Positions 12,875-26,132 of a DNA stretch of 64,000 bases are shown in pieces. Both the position numbers and the translations under genes were made by a program. This DNA is from Clytia hemisphaerica (taxonomy: Eukaryota). Each line of letters opens with the position of its first letter. The stretch's first letter is position 1. The stretch is taken from contig NW_027104472.1 of NCBI RefSeq assembly GCF_902728285.1, positions 935,681 through 999,680 of the forward strand. The letters are read 5' to 3'. The notes beneath the pieces were generated by a model. The model was not told where the DNA came from, made no database searches, and saw only the letters and a list, made by a program, of their open reading frames with translations.

Positions 12875-13459
12875 GAGTATTCAACCGGATGAGCCTTATT
12901 CGCCTGTGTAGTCCCGGTTGGTAGGGGACCATTCAATAAAATTTCAAGCGTCTAACCAATGAGAAGTACCGCGGTTATTTTGAAAAATGTTTTCCTGTCT
13001 TCACTTTGATCCATGTCAACGGGGTCATACATTTGCTGTTTTGCACGCTCGATTTCAACACGTTACTTTTCGCTGGGCCTTCACGCCCAACGGGCTTCTT
13101 GTTTTCTTCTTCATTTTTGCCATCATTTTTCATGTTTAAGGTTATACAAAAATTCATTTTGAGGTTTGCCAAATACAATATAACTTCAATAGGAGACGCT
13201 GGCATGATAAAAGATGTATGTGTCTGACAACTAGGCTTTACAGAATTCATGTTTAGGGTTTGCTAAACCTAAGCCTATCAACCCTAGCGGCGCGGTCAGG
13301 TTTTTAGGAGACTAGTAACAAAAATACAAAAAAATATTTTCGACAAAGTCATGGAAACATATTTTTCCTTTTCATCTCAGGTTTCCTAAAATGTCGACTG
13401 CGAGCTATATGTTTGATAGATGTATTCGCATTCTAGCCTATTTATCCTATTTTCTTCAG

Positions 13460-13567
13460 GCCAAATACAGTGAAGCGATCCCCTTTTACACACAGTGTAT
13501 ATCACTGTTACCGTCAGAAGTACCTAGCTACACCAATCGTGCGTTGTGCTACTTGAAAGTCAAAGAG
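13460..13567 (+). CDS. SPAG1: SPAG1 exon 15 (AKYSEAIPFYTQCISLLPSEVPSYTNRALCYLKVKE)
   Basis: Matches human 'YKDALSKYSECLKINNKECAIYTNRALCYLKL'. cttcag acceptor and gtaaag donor. Confidence 0.85.
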
Positions 13568-14035
13568 GTAAAGTTTATACTGATGGGGGGGGGCTAGTGA
13601 TATGTTATTCTCTGCATTACAGTTTTAGAGTGTTTACTTCATGTTTATCGTTTCTACAGACCTGAACACTTTACAGGCGTCCCACATCCACCAAAGACCG
13701 AAAAACTTTCTTGCTATACCAGAAAAGATTTTCCCATAGTTAAGAGAGTTTTTTGGAAGGCCAATCTATGGACTTTTGCCGAAATTTTAGATACCTGGAT
13801 TTTTTTTCTGATTTAAGAAGACCTCCTGAATTATTTGCCACGTTTTCTGACGGTCCCTGCGGAGGCTCGCCGAAATTTCAATAATTCCCTGGAATGTCTA
13901 CAAAATATTATTAACCCCCTGGATTTTTTAAGTTTTTTATGGTACGTCTTGGACCGAAAATCCGACCTGCTTTTTTTCTAGAATAGCGAGCAGCCCATAC
14001 TACTCTTTTAACAATATTCTCTATTCTTTTTGTAG

Positions 14036-14131
14036 GCTAAACCCTTGAAAGCTGTAGAAGATTGTACTCAAGCATTGAAATTGCAACCAGGAAACATCAA
14101 AGCACTTTTCAGAAGGGCGCAAGGTTACAGG
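14036..14131 (+). CDS. SPAG1: SPAG1 exon 16 (AKPLKAVEDCTQALKLQPGNIKALFRRAQGYR)
   Basis: Matches human 'EAKQDCDQALQLADGNVKAFYRRALAHK'. Confidence 0.85.
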
Positions 14132-14392
14132 GTAATATCACTGACCTTTACATATCCCTGGACCAAGCTATATCCGCTTTATTTGATCGGAGTTTTTTTG
14201 GAATTGGTACCCGAGAAGAAGCCATTGCAATGTTAAAAATTAACGTCTAACGGCGCTATATCATCAAAAGTATTCTAGGAAAAGTAGATCTAGCGTTTTC
14301 GATGCATTTTCATTATTGAATAGTGCTGCAATTATGGTAACAATTTCAAAAAAGCTCCGATCAAAGATGGCGGATATAGCGTGATCTAGGGA

Positions 14393-14826
14393 TCATAGTG
14401 TCCTTCAGGGTCTCTTCCCCCCCATACCTAGAATGAAAATTTTCCATTCCCCCCCCCTCATTTTTCCCCACCCTGCCTCCAAAAATTTCTCTGTCCCCCC
14501 CTCAAGCATAAAAAGCTGTAATTTGATGAATGAATGAAAAGGTAGTTCTAATTCAAGAATAAATGGAAAGGATGGTTGTTTTTCAACCGTAATATCGCTG
14601 GTTGAAATTAATGAGAGAAAAACTACATATGCTATACACCAAATTGAGTGATAGTAAAACCAGATGTTTTTCAATTTTGAATTGATTTTGGTAAGTTTTT
14701 CATTTTCCATTCCCCCCCTCGTTTTCCCCCACCCTGGCTTCAAAAAAAATTCTTTCCCCTCTATACGTCCTTTTGACCTCAAAACCCATTTCCCCCCCTG
14801 AATCCAGGGGGGAGGACACTATGGGG
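14393..14826. mobile_element. MITE with TIR 'ATAGTGTCCT(T/C)C...CCCCCC' and an internal duplicated unit, in a SPAG1 intron
   Basis: Inverted ends at 14393 and 14826. The - strand ORF 14405-14782 is an artefact of this repeat. Confidence 0.6.
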
Positions 14827-15329
14827 ATATATAAAGGTCAGTGGGTAATACTACGAAATTTGACTAAAATGTTTAAGGGATTGTCAGACGATTTGAGATC
14901 TTTGTCCTGTAGTCTTCTCTGTATGATCCATCCGAGCCAGAACTAATTGTTTTATCACGCGAGCTTTTCTACATGATAAGGATAATAAGTATAATAATAT
15001 CCAGGCACTCTTCACAGCTTCTCGAAATCCACTTTTAAATATAATACCTTTAGTATACCGACGAATATCATAACATTTTAAAATACTTTAGAATTTCACT
15101 TCTAAGCGAAAATCATTCTTAATCTTCAAATTTTCAGTAAGCTGGATACAGGAACAAACATGTGAAATGGATGAATCCTTAACGGGCAAAGACAGTTGAT
15201 AGGACTGTAACGCCCTACTTCACACATACATTTTCAATAATAAGGATTGTGACGATGTTAGCTTTTAAATTAGTCGTTATAATATTTTATGGGTGAGACT
15301 TTCGAAGTTTGTCTTAATCTTTATTGAAG

Positions 15330-15443
15330 ATGTTGAAAAAATACAAGGAAGCGCTTGGTGACTTGGCGTCCATCTTGAAAGAAGAGCCGAAAAATAAAGC
15401 AGCTCAAAAAGACATGGATGAATGCAAAGACTTGTATAGAACG
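15330..15443 (+). CDS. SPAG1: SPAG1 exon 17 (MLKKYKEALGDLASILKEEPKNKAAQKDMDECKDLYRT)
   Basis: Final TPR helix pair. gaag acceptor and gtatat donor. The - strand ORF 15277-15516 in the track is spurious. Confidence 0.75.
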
Positions 15444-15485
15444 GTATATCTTCGTTCCAACCATTTTTTTCTAAATTAAACTTCC

Positions 15486-15690
15486 TACTGGGTGTCCCAG
15501 AAAAAAGTCCCCCCATTCTTTAACGGTTCATAGAACTCAAGAAATTTCACTTCAAAGAGGGGGACTTTTTCTAGCCTCGTTTTGGCGAAAACTCGCGACC
15601 ACGCCCTTAAAAATGAAAATTTTCAAAAAATGAAAAAAACACCCCCAGATATTCACCCAAGGAACAAAGTCTCTTGGAACACCCGGTAGG
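15486..15690. mobile_element. Small MITE-like inverted repeat (GGGTGTCCCAGAAAAAAGTCCCCC ... GGAACACCC)
   Basis: Approximate inverted termini. Intronic. Confidence 0.4.
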
Positions 15691-15854
15691 TCGCCCACAG
15701 ACTCAATGGTGTGGCTCCACCAAGAAATTCATCAGACTCATATTCTTAGCGTCATCGTGTAGTATAAATCGTTTTCTGAAGTGCCTTAAATATGACCACG
15801 GTTTCTGACTTTACCGAAGAAATTTGATGTTTTATTTAAATTTCGCCATTTTAG

Positions 15855-15947
15855 GAGTTGAGAGAAATGCAAAGCAAAGCACAACAATCGAGTTCAAGTA
15901 CCAAGAAATCTGGAAAGAAAATGAAGATTGAAGAAGTGACATCAGAC
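15855..15947 (+). CDS. SPAG1: SPAG1 exon 18 (ELREMQSKAQQSSSSTKKSGKKMKIEEVTSD)
   Basis: 'KKMKIEEVTSD' resembles human 'RKIEIQEVNEG'. ttttag acceptor and gtaagt donor. Confidence 0.75.
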
Positions 15948-17244
15948 GTAAGTCTTTTTTACTGAATTATTTGATTGGTTTCGAAAGAACCTTCATCTCT
16001 CTGATTCGAACAACTTCTTCCACTTCTGTTTGTCTTTCCAACGAGCACAAAATCGCTACTTAATTCAAATTCTATCAAAAGTTATCGAGGTTTGAAAAAA
16101 ACTGCCAGCTAATTTGAAATAGACTTTTGTACATTTCAAGGAATTTTTCAAAAATTAGTTTGGATAAGTTCGAGCAATTTGAGAAACCTAAAAATACTTA
16201 TTCAATTACTAGTTTAGGTATAAGTACTTTTCTCTTCTTGATTTTTGCATCAACCAAAGTGCTTTTATCTATACATAAAGCTATTAGTTTAAAAGAACTT
16301 CATCGGACAATATGTAATAGTGTTGTGTTAGCAAAGAACTTATTAAATACAAATTGAACTTGAACACACGTAAACTAGTAAATTTGATAAAGTGTAATGT
16401 CGTCTAATGTCCAATGTCTTTCAATCAGAAAAAGATTATAAACCAAGTCCCCATAACTCAAAATCATTGAGTCGAATAAATTTTCTACCCCCTCCCCTCC
16501 CATATTTGAATTTATCTCGAGATATTTTGGTTTAAATATTGAAAATTATCGATATTTTTTGCTGAGTCAGCAGTTTTTCAGCATATTTACCCACCTTAAA
16601 AATGAATTATCTCGAGATTTAGACATAGAAAGTCAACAAACCATACCATTTTTGGATACTACGAATTCAGGGCTATCCAGCCGTGGGAGTGATTTTTTCT
16701 GAAAATGCTTCTAGGAAAATGCTGACGTCATCCCAAAACGTCGATTTTTCGCCTTAAAAATGCCATTTCTCGGCACCAGGTGGTCGAAAGTTAAAAAATA
16801 ACCCCATTTTCTTTATCTACTTTTCAAGCTGAATCAGTTGGTAGCATCAGATATTTGATTTTCAGACTTCGAAAAACCGTTAGTAAGGGACCCTTGATAA
16901 GTTCTATCGATTAACTAAAAATCGATTCACTCGAAAACTGCAGGAGATTCGAAGGGCAAATTTTTTTTGTCAATTCTACACCCTATTAGGAGCATAATAT
17001 CAAAAATTTGCCCTGATCTAAGGGGTGCCCTACGAAGTGACACAATTCACTACCTCGGCCGCTGGTCTACAACGTTTATCTAAGGTTCACAACGTCCATA
17101 TAACGTTAGATGAACGTTCAAACAACGTTGTATGCCGGCTGGGTACTGTGATAAGCTTAAAGAGGCTCACCAAAAAAAACCTATTCAAATAAAACCGGTC
17201 TTTTGTTTTTCTTTTCATTGTACTACTTACTTATTTAACCATAG

Positions 17245-17367
17245 ACATTGGCGAGCAACAAACCGCCCACGAAACAATCAACGAAAAATAAAACATGTCC
17301 TCTAGCCAAAGGATCCACGACGCCAAGCTCCACCAGTAAATCTTCAACGACCAATAGTAATAAAAAG
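17245..17367 (+). CDS. SPAG1: SPAG1 exon 19, Ser/Thr-rich linker (TLASNKPPTKQSTKNK...TNSNKK)
   Basis: catag acceptor and gtttga donor, phase 0. Low-complexity linker. Confidence 0.6.
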
Positions 17368-17895
17368 GTTTGAATATCTTCATCTTAGTGGAAATTTTGA
17401 TCGGCTTCAAATTTTAGTCACTTCTTTTCTTCGAGCCCTATTCAAGTTTTGCTATCCATAAAAGAAATCGTATGACATAAAGCAAGGCGCAATTTTATTT
17501 CGTTTTCCAAATGACTTAAGGCTGAATCTCAAAATTGATACCTTGTTATAACATTTAAAATTTTGCAGTGGTGTTCACCTTTGAAATTAAGATTCGTTTA
17601 TTTAATTCATTAAGATTTCATTTTTCAATGTTTTCCAATGAGAAAATGTTAAAACAAAACAGAATTGAAAGATTTTCTAGGCACTTATTTTGAGATTGAA
17701 CTTATAGACCTATTGCTAATCATGATATGATTTTTACTTAAATAATGAGCGGGAAAAAAAATTATGTATTGACTCCAAAAATAGTGGCAAGGAAATCCAA
17801 CAAAGGTAGGTTGTGGTATTAGCTGGCTCATTGTGATGGGTGTAAATTATTTTCTAAAAATTCCGTCATTTTCTGGAAACTTTTTCATCCCGTAG

Positions 17896-18001
17896 ATAAA
17901 TGCAGTTGAGTTTATGCAAATGTGGAACGGGATCAAATCGGGGAAAAGTTCAGAATACGCAGAAATATTGAGACAAATTGAACCAACAAAATTACCCGAG
18001 T
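17896..18001 (+). CDS. SPAG1: SPAG1 exon 20, RPAP3_C domain start (INAVEFMQMWNGIKSGKSSEYAEILRQIEPTKLPE)
   Basis: Matches human 'NAYEFGQIINALSTRKDKEACAHLLAITAPKDLP'. Donor tgtaagt. Confidence 0.8.
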
Positions 18002-18248
18002 GTAAGTTTAATTTTAGATTTCTCTCATGATAAGTGATCAGACGATTTTGAGAATTTTATATCTTTTCACCATAGTCTTGCCATGTATTAAGAAATTCAG
18101 AATGCTTTGAAGTAGAATATTCATTCGTGAAGTTTCTTTCAAAAGAAAGAAACGTTACTGGTTCAAAGCTGGGAAAGATAAACCATTTCTTGTCTTTTAC
18201 AAGCTAGGTCTCTTTATTTTAACCTTTGTGCCCTTTCATTTTTTTTAG

Positions 18249-18323
18249 TGCTATCCAATAAACTAGATGGAAAAATCTTGGAGAATTTTGTATGGGCAAT
18301 AAGTGATCATTTTACTTCGAAAG
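18249..18323 (+). CDS. SPAG1: SPAG1 exon 21 (LLSNKLDGKILENFVWAISDHFTSK)
   Basis: Matches human 'MFLSNKLEGDTFLLLIQSLK'. ttttttag acceptor and gtaatt donor. Confidence 0.8.
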
Positions 18324-18669
18324 GTAATTTTTCATTACTCTTATGATGATGATGATGTTATACAAGAGCCCGCATGAGATTCTGGCTAGTCAGAGGAACT
18401 GTCTTTTTTATGGAATTCAGTAAATGCGATTTCGTAGTATATAATACAACAGGACGATAACTTCAAAGTCTATCAAATCAAACAATTGAAAAAAAGTAAA
18501 TTTGGGTAGGAAAATAAATCCTTGGAAATGAATATTACTTGACCTTTGAGTTTTATGGTCACTAGACTTTGACAGTTTTTTATCTGTCACCATCATAAAT
18601 AATATAATAAGGCGTTAAGAATCCATGAGCGATATGACCTTTTATAATTTCCCTTCGTTTTTGTTTTAG

Positions 18670-18881
18670 AAAATTACAAATACGGCATGACCTTACTAAA
18701 ATCTATGCATCGCGTCCAACGTTTCTCTACAATGCTTATGTTCCTTGGAACGCAAGAAAAGACTTTACTAAAATCATCAATGGACACTTTGGAAAGCCGT
18801 GCCAAACAAGACGGTTGTGAAAAGACAGTATTTAATGAGATCAGTCAGTTAAGGTCGCAATATCGATGTTCACCCTTGTAA
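18670..18881 (+). CDS. SPAG1: SPAG1 terminal exon with the stop codon (ENYKYGMTLLKSMHRVQRFSTMLMFLGTQEK...QLRSQYRCSPL*)
   Basis: RPAP3_C-like C-terminus; compare human '...KAERFKMMLTLISKGQKELIE...ALKRQYEL'. TAA stop at 18879-18881. Confidence 0.85.
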
Positions 18882-19291
18882 TGAAACTCAAGATATGTGT
18901 GTCTGGTGTTTTAGCTATTTTGCGGCTCCGGACTTTACAGGTTTTGCTATGGTTAGGCAACTTCCGCCATTATGGAATAGCAAGTGGCGTTTGTTTACGC
19001 AAACGTGATTGCGGAATTTACGTAAGTTTTAACTTAGTCAAACCTTGAAAAACCTCCATAATAAAAACTTAAATCAGTCCGGTAGGATAACAAGGCAAAT
19101 AGTGAAGATTTTATGCTGTTGAAAAATTGTATGATGGATGGAATGTGGTGTATTCGATAATAAGTAGTCTTCTAGCACATTGGATAGTGTAGAGAAAAAT
19201 TCACAGTACGCAATATTTAGTTTTCCATTTTCATTTCGAAAGAATAAGAACAGCGGGGTCTGAGCTATAGTTGTCGTAACAAACGTTTTGC

Positions 19292-19440
19292 CCACAGATC
19301 TGTAAAGCCCGAAGGGCTAGATTTGCGGCTTTTATCGAAAAGTGAAGCCTAGGTTTGGAAGGATTTTTGCTTCACTTTTTTTTGCTGGAGAAAGCTTAAA
19401 GTTGCCTATCTAGCCCTTCGGGCTTTACAGATATCTGTGG
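19292..19440. mobile_element. hAT-like MITE (149 bp). TIR 'CACAGATCTGTAAAGCCCGAAGGGCTAG'. 8-bp TSD GTTTTGCC.
   Basis: Inverted ends and identical 8-mer flanks at 19284-19291 and 19441-19448. Confidence 0.75.
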
Positions 19441-20595
19441 TTTTGCCCTGATGTCAATTTAAATACTATCCACGGTTGGTATGTATTTATTTCGGCTTTC
19501 TTGTGTGGAAACCATGTCGGTGTAATAAGAATTCTCTTTGAGAGTGTTTTTCCGCATGTTTGCAAAAAAGGTGCGGATACTTATTTTGAACAAACCTGAA
19601 GAGGTTCTGAATTTTTCTGGTTAGGTATTGATGATTCTCTGCATACTGTTTCATTTCGTTATATTTGGAGTTCAGTTACATATTGTTTTGCTATAAAAAA
19701 GCAAGGTTCTATAAAATAGGAGTGTGTTTGTAATATATTTTTATAATAATAAGAGAACTTGTTCTAAATTTTCTAATTTTGAGTGAATTTTATAATACCC
19801 TAGACATTTACATTTTGATGTTATTGTCAAATATTGTGATAAAACTTCGACTAGGTTTTTTAACTTTTCTATTTCTCTTATTTGTTCCACAACTCAGCGT
19901 TAGGTCAGTGAAGAATACCATCAAATTAGCCTATCATAGGGTAATTAGACTAATTGAAATAGTCTAATTTGCCGAAAATCGATAAAAATGTCGAATGCTG
20001 AGGGGATATCAATAGTTGCGTCTATTTTTCACTTTTGTTTCATTTCCTAAAGCCAAAGGAAACTTTTTCATCTAATTTGATATAACTTACATTGAACTTT
20101 GAGAACAGAAATATGAAAAAATGGTTTTTCATCGGCTAACTAACCGATTATAGGCTACTTTTTCCGATAAACTTTTCTTTACAATACAGAGCTTGTGAAA
20201 TAACAGCTCCCAGATGACGCACTATACCTTATCGGGCCTTTTTATGCCGGCCCTTTGTAGCGTTATTTTTTGAGGCGTAGAGCCATTATAGCCAGGGAAA
20301 GTGGACTTTTTAAGATTAAAACTTTACTTCCCAGTTGAGGATTTAAAGCCAATTACAAAATCTGTTTAATTGGATTGGTGAGTTATTGCATACTTCTTGG
20401 TTTGATGTGCTTCGTACTGAAGGATTCCGAAACTTTTCAATATTGCACTTGTCACCAGTTTTGATTTGTAGACTATAATGCTCCCCCACCCTTGGATATC
20501 CACAAATATGACCCTCTTTTTTGACTGACCCTCTGGAGTGAACCCTTTCCGTACCCTACCGTATAATATTTTATATACACCAGTTGCTTTTCATT

Positions 20596-20915
20596 TTAAA
20601 GGGATAATCAGGTGGTTTGAGATTTTTTGCTTAAAGAAACCCTCTGTTGTTTTGAGTAAAATCACCAAGTATTTTTATCGAACTATATATTCTAAAGTCG
20701 AGATTTTAAAATCACATTTTAAAGTTTCTGAAAATGGGTTCTCACACGGTTTTTTCGTTGAAATTCTATTGTTTTTTACTAAAATTCAAAAACTTGTAAC
20801 TTAATTATTTCGACTTTGAGAAATATTTAGGCAAAAATATTTGAGGTTTTGTTCAGGACAATAGAAGGATTCCACATGCCAAATATCCCAAACCATCTGA
20901 TTATCCCTTTAACGA
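20596..20915. mobile_element. MITE, TIR 'AAAGGGATAATCAG(G/A)TGGTTTG'
   Basis: Inverted ends at 20596-20622 and 20888-20915. The ORF 20538-20804 is an artefact. Confidence 0.55.
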
Positions 20916-21044
20916 TTTTACTTATTTTTCAGCTGTTTATAGAGAGGAGTCTCCTGAAAAAGTAAAAATATAACAAATAACTGAAAGAATAATGGAATGA
21001 AAATCCGCAACTGCAGTCAAGTCTTAATTCACTGGATAAACTAA

Positions 21045-21293
<249 letters not shown>

Positions 21294-21310
21294 TAATTTG
21301 TCTCTTTTAA

Positions 21311-21457
21311 GGGCTCTGACCATAGTCAAAAAATTGATTTTGGTATTTGAGCATAAAAGTTATGTTTCAGGTTCCTTTACACTTTTAGCAAAGAATTGCC
21401 TTTACAAATTTATAATTTCTACATGACAAATATCAAAATTCACTATGGTCAGAGCCC
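21311..21457. mobile_element. TTAA-flanked MITE (TIR GGGCTCTGACCATAGT) located 18 nt downstream of the METTL21 exon 1 splice donor
   Basis: Perfect 16-bp inverted ends. TTAA at 21307-21310 and 21458-21461. Confidence 0.7.
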
Positions 21458-21914
21458 TTAAGTCTGCTTAAAGATGTAGATTTTCTTATATTTTTATGAT
21501 GTCTGAAATATGAACTATATCTGTTACTTTATTTTAATTCCCTATTCCTTCACTTTTGGCATCATTTATTTAATAGGTATTAAGATTATTAAATGGACCT
21601 TTTTGGCCCTTCTCTAATCCATTTACTGATTATAAAATCTCTAAACTAGAGAATTAGAATGCCCAATGATGTAAACTGACGAAATGAGCAATGTTTGTTT
21701 TAGCAATCGTTTTACTTCACTTTCCCTTCCACTTTTCTCTCTATTCTTTACGCAAGTTGTTATCGTTACCAATTTCTTTCCCATCTGATACTTTACTATT
21801 ACATACGCTCCCTTATTCGATGAATGTCCAATTTCCCTTGAAAATCCAACTAGAGAGCGTCAACTGTATTAGCCTGTCAGCTCTACATTTTCCTTTGTTT
21901 CTTTTCATACTTAG

Positions 21915-22025
21915 AGCGTCCGTCCGAATAACTGATTTAAATGAACTTGTACCATTGATGGAAAAGAACATTGAAGCCAATCAGCATTTATTACAAGGAA
22001 ACGCCAAGGCTGAAAGTTTGAAATG
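21915..22025 (+). CDS. METTL21-like exon 2 (ASVRITDLNELVPLMEKNIEANQHLLQGNAKAESLK-W)
   Basis: Matches human METTL21A '[23 protein letters not shown]'. acttag acceptor and gtatgt donor. Confidence 0.8.
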
Positions 22026-22769
22026 GTATGTTTTATTTAATTTCTTTGCCTTGTCCAAATGCCTTGTACACGCTTTTTTTATAAGAACCAGTAAATCTTG
22101 ACTAAGGCTGGGCTGTTCTTAATTTTTTGAAATTTCCAGGCTTATATATTCTAAAGATCTTTTTAAAACGCTTAGTTTCTTTACTTATAAACTTAAAATG
22201 GGTTTAAAGTCAGTATTTTGACTAAGTAATTTCTGCAATCTGAGGCTTGCATCGTCCTGAATTTGTTCTTAGGTTTTGCCCAATTTTCAGCCTCGTGTTC
22301 TTAAAATGAAATAAAATGATGAAAAAAAATTAAATTATTCTTATAAAAACAAGCATGTATTGGTTAATTTCGGGAGCCTACATCCACTGTTAAGGAGGTC
22401 CCAAACCTTTTTGTGAGCTACCCTTTGTACTACTCAACTAAAAATCATGTAACACCAGAGGAATTTCAGGTGATTTTTGGGTTATCTCTCTGGAGTTTAT
22501 TATTGCGTGCCTGTTTTCGAACAATTCATGATATGCACCACTGGAGAGTCTTCCTACATTTTTCGAAATATTCAACCCAATATGTCACTTTTTTTATTGT
22601 TTAAGTGATGTATTGGGTTGAATATTTTGAAAATTCTCGGAAGACTCCAGTGGTGCATATCATGAATTAATTCCCTTGCAATGAACCTTCTACACGGGCT
22701 TAATCTGTAATCTTCTGAGATTCTTACAAAAAATACTTGTTGTACAAGAGACTCGTATTTTATTTGTAG

Positions 22770-22839
22770 GGGTGTGGATCTTGAGATGAAAATGAAAGCA
22801 GATATCATTTTGATTGCTGATTGTATCTATTATGATGAG
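22770..22839 (+). CDS. METTL21-like exon 3 (GVDLEMKMKADIILIADCIYYDE)
   Basis: Matches human 'FDLILGADIIYLEE'. tttgtag acceptor and gtataa donor. Confidence 0.8.
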
Positions 22840-23280
22840 GTATAATAAGATCATGTTCGCAGGTAACCGTTTGCCTTCGAAACAAAAGAAGCGAACGAAA
22901 CCGTAGCGTGTGAACGTGGTCTTAAGTCTCAATCGCACTTTTTCGAGCAAAGCTTCCACGCTATTGGTCAAAACAAAAATGAAGCAACTCCATTGGCGCG
23001 ATCTGACGTAACGGTTGAAAAAAGTTGAAATGTGTTCAACTTTTTTTTCAAGCGCGCGCTACATTTTTATGACGTAATCTTTTTTCCAAGCAAAAAGGAT
23101 TGAAGCCAAAAAGTGCGATCGCAGCGCGCGTAAGTGGAGACCGACCTTAACACTTCTTTGACACCACTTTCCACAACGTTGTCTATTGTGTAAATACAGT
23201 GTGTACATGGGTAATTTTTTCCAACGGTGTATAGCTTTATAATGATAGCATGAGTATATGCTATGAAATTGTTAAAAGGA

Positions 23281-23456
23281 TACCTTATCGGGGAAAACTT
23301 CGTCGGGGAAAAGTGACGAAATTTTGGACAAGTGACGAATATTTTCCCCGACGAAAATTTTCCCCGGCCTTAATGTGTTTACCAACTACCAGCAAGTGAC
23401 GAATTTTTCACCGACGAAGTTTTCCCCGACGAAGTTTTCCCCGATAAGGTAAAGGG
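23281..23456. mobile_element. Palindromic MITE (TIR 'TACCTTATCGGGGAAAACTTCGTCGGGG') abutting the left TIR of the 2.7 kb element
   Basis: Inverted ends at 23281-23310 and 23428-23456. Confidence 0.6.
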
Positions 23457-23457
23457 T

Positions 23458-26132
23458 TGAGCTCTAGTTTAGACGGCCCACTTTTCGCCCTGCCTATTAT
23501 AATTGTGAATAAACCAGCCGAGGCTGGAAAGTCAGCCAATATAGCTAGATTATTAGTTGGATAGCTTGTAAAGAAGTTAAGTAGCTGCGATGGAAGGAAG
23601 GACTAGATGCACAAAGAGTCAAGCGAAATTGGAAAATTTTAAGAGCTAAAAACCACATTTTGCTTAAAAATGTTTGTCCAGGTTACTCAAAACTCCTAGT
23701 AGTTAGATTGAGTAGAAAATGAACATTCCGTATGTTAAGCATTTAAATTCAACTTTTAACATTTTTGAAGATAAAGTAAAAATCTAGGGACAAATTACAA
23801 ATTACTAAATTTTAGATATGTCCTGTTATAAACCTGTACAAAGATTTTATCAAAAAAATCAAATAGACGAATCATTTACATTTATAAATACAAGTAGTTT
23901 TCTTTTTGAATAATAGTTCATTAAATTTATGCCAGTAGCATGTTTACAATAACCAAGCAAAACAAAACAATATAATTTTTAAAATATGCATGATACAGTA
24001 ATTATGCATGGCTGTATCATTGTTTTTATGCTGGAGTACATAATTATTCAACATGGCTGCCTCTTTAAAAAAAGGTCTATACCTGACCAAATTCTAATGA
24101 CACTTTGTCACAATTCTTCAGGTGCTCCTACTAGAAATTCACACTCTAGAAATTGTAACTGGCTGCCATTAACAATTAAGCTAGTCACATACTCCAGAAA
24201 AACACAATTTGCCTCAAAAACTTTGCGAAAAGTAGTTCAGTCTCTATAAAATTTCAACAGAAACTGTATTTTAGTAGGGTAGGTTACCCTTTTATGGACA
24301 CCCTCTATTATGGACAAACCCTTCTGAAAGATTACAGTACACGTAGTGTTCATATTATATATCATGATAATTTGTATAAAAATTTTATTTTTTTATTTTT
24401 GATATAAAATAAGCAAAAAAGTAAAAATCAAACAGAAAATGTCGAGAAAAAAAATTGACATTATAAACTTTAAAATAATGGACTTGTGGATCTGTATTGT
24501 CTTTTAACAGCATCAAAGTAACTTATTTGACTAATGATTGGTGATGAAATTATGGTAAAATAGTGTTTCAAGTGGGCGGGTCCACCCATTCTCTAACATG
24601 GATGTTTGTTACCTATTATGAACAGGTGGGTGTTTCCAACCAAAAAAGCCCAAAACATGCGCCAAGGTCACAAAACACAATCTGCGTCCAGAGATGTGTG
24701 AACAATAAAAAAATAATATGTGATGGTCGTCATTTTATCCAGTGTTCTGGCGGCAATCAAATACATGTTTCGTTTGTGTCAAAAATCTTCATAAAATAGA
24801 GTCAGTCAGTCGGTCGGTAGTAAATCTAGTCAGGTTTTTAGGAAAATGGTTTCAAAGTTTAGTTTTTAATATTTATTCGCTCGCTTGATGAAAAATTCTG
24901 ACAATTTTCTGACTCCTCCAGCATTTTTGTCTACCAAGTTGGTTGGATTGGTTGGCCGACGCAAACAGCCGGCGCGAACAGAACATATTTTTGATTATCT
25001 CCCTCTGCTGTTGTTGTAGCCAAACACGCCAGTGCAGTATGGATTCCACAAAATCTCGCGTCGAAGATATTTTTCCGTACAGCAAGCCTCACGCCAAGCA
25101 ATATTTCTTTTGTACCAACATTCAATTTTTAATAAGGGTGCAAGATGGGAAAAGAGGCGCATGCGCCAACATAATTAATAATTGACGCAAGCGTAAGCGA
25201 GCAAAAGCAAATTTAGCCAAAATGAAAGCTAAAAATCAATGAATTATTGGAGTCATTCACGCCGAGCTGGAATTATTACTTTACACCAACTGAAAACCAA
25301 ACAATCTTTGTAAGTACCCTTAAACCAATGCGTCAAAAACGTTTCAGTTGCACGTTATAGTTTACACGAAATCCATGCTGGCAAATACGTCCAAGTCCAA
25401 AAACATGATTGCATCCTGTCTTTATCAAATTTAGACAGTAGCTGTACTTTTTTATACTTTATCATATTCCAATAACATTATAACATGATCAATTCCACCT
25501 ACAGCTAGAGGCAAACAGGAAAAATATATGTTTATTTATTATGCAAAAAGCAGAAATTCTTAAAAATAACAAAAACTTGAGCAAATTGCTAAACCTTCAA
25601 CAAATATAAAAAAGAATCCCCTTGATGAAAATCATGTGTTTGATTTGCCAAGTTTCAAAGTCATTATAAAAAAGATATGACAGAAATTGAAGCTTGCAAC
25701 ATGCATTTTACTTCCTGCATTTACACTGACACTGAAAACACTGAGCCGCTTGATCTGCCATCTTGAAACACAACATCTAAAACAACACACGCTAAAAGTA
25801 CACTAAAAGTTAACCCGATCGGATATAAACTTTAGAAATCGGGGAAACACGGCTTACGTAATGAGCATATCGGGGTAACATGTTTTTTTCGATTTTGGTC
25901 TGATGATGATGGGGAAAAGCCTATTTGAATAATCAGCTGTTGGCTGACTAATTAAAGTGGGCAAATAGTTGGCTGTCTAAAGTAAATGCATTGCCCTCTT
26001 TTGACGTCAATGCAATGTCTTCTTTCAATCTTTTCCAAGCAAAGATTTTAACTGCCAACTTTGTGCCCACTTTTAGCCTACTCAAACAATTAGAATAGGC
26101 AGGGCATAAAGTCGGCCGTCTAAACTAGAGCT
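23458..26132. mobile_element. About 2.7 kb non-autonomous TIR DNA transposon in METTL21 intron 3. About 40-bp TIR 'GAGCTCTAGTTTAGACGGCCCACTTTTCGCCCTGCCTATT'.
   Basis: The left TIR at 23458-23500 has an inverted, near-identical copy at 26093-26132. Internal segments are repeated at 33120-35300. No transposase-sized ORF. Confidence 0.65.

Noticed and set aside
14405-14782. The 125-aa - strand ORF
   Set aside because: It lies inside the poly-C MITE at 14393-26 with an internally duplicated unit. It sits in a SPAG1 intron, which is on the opposite strand.
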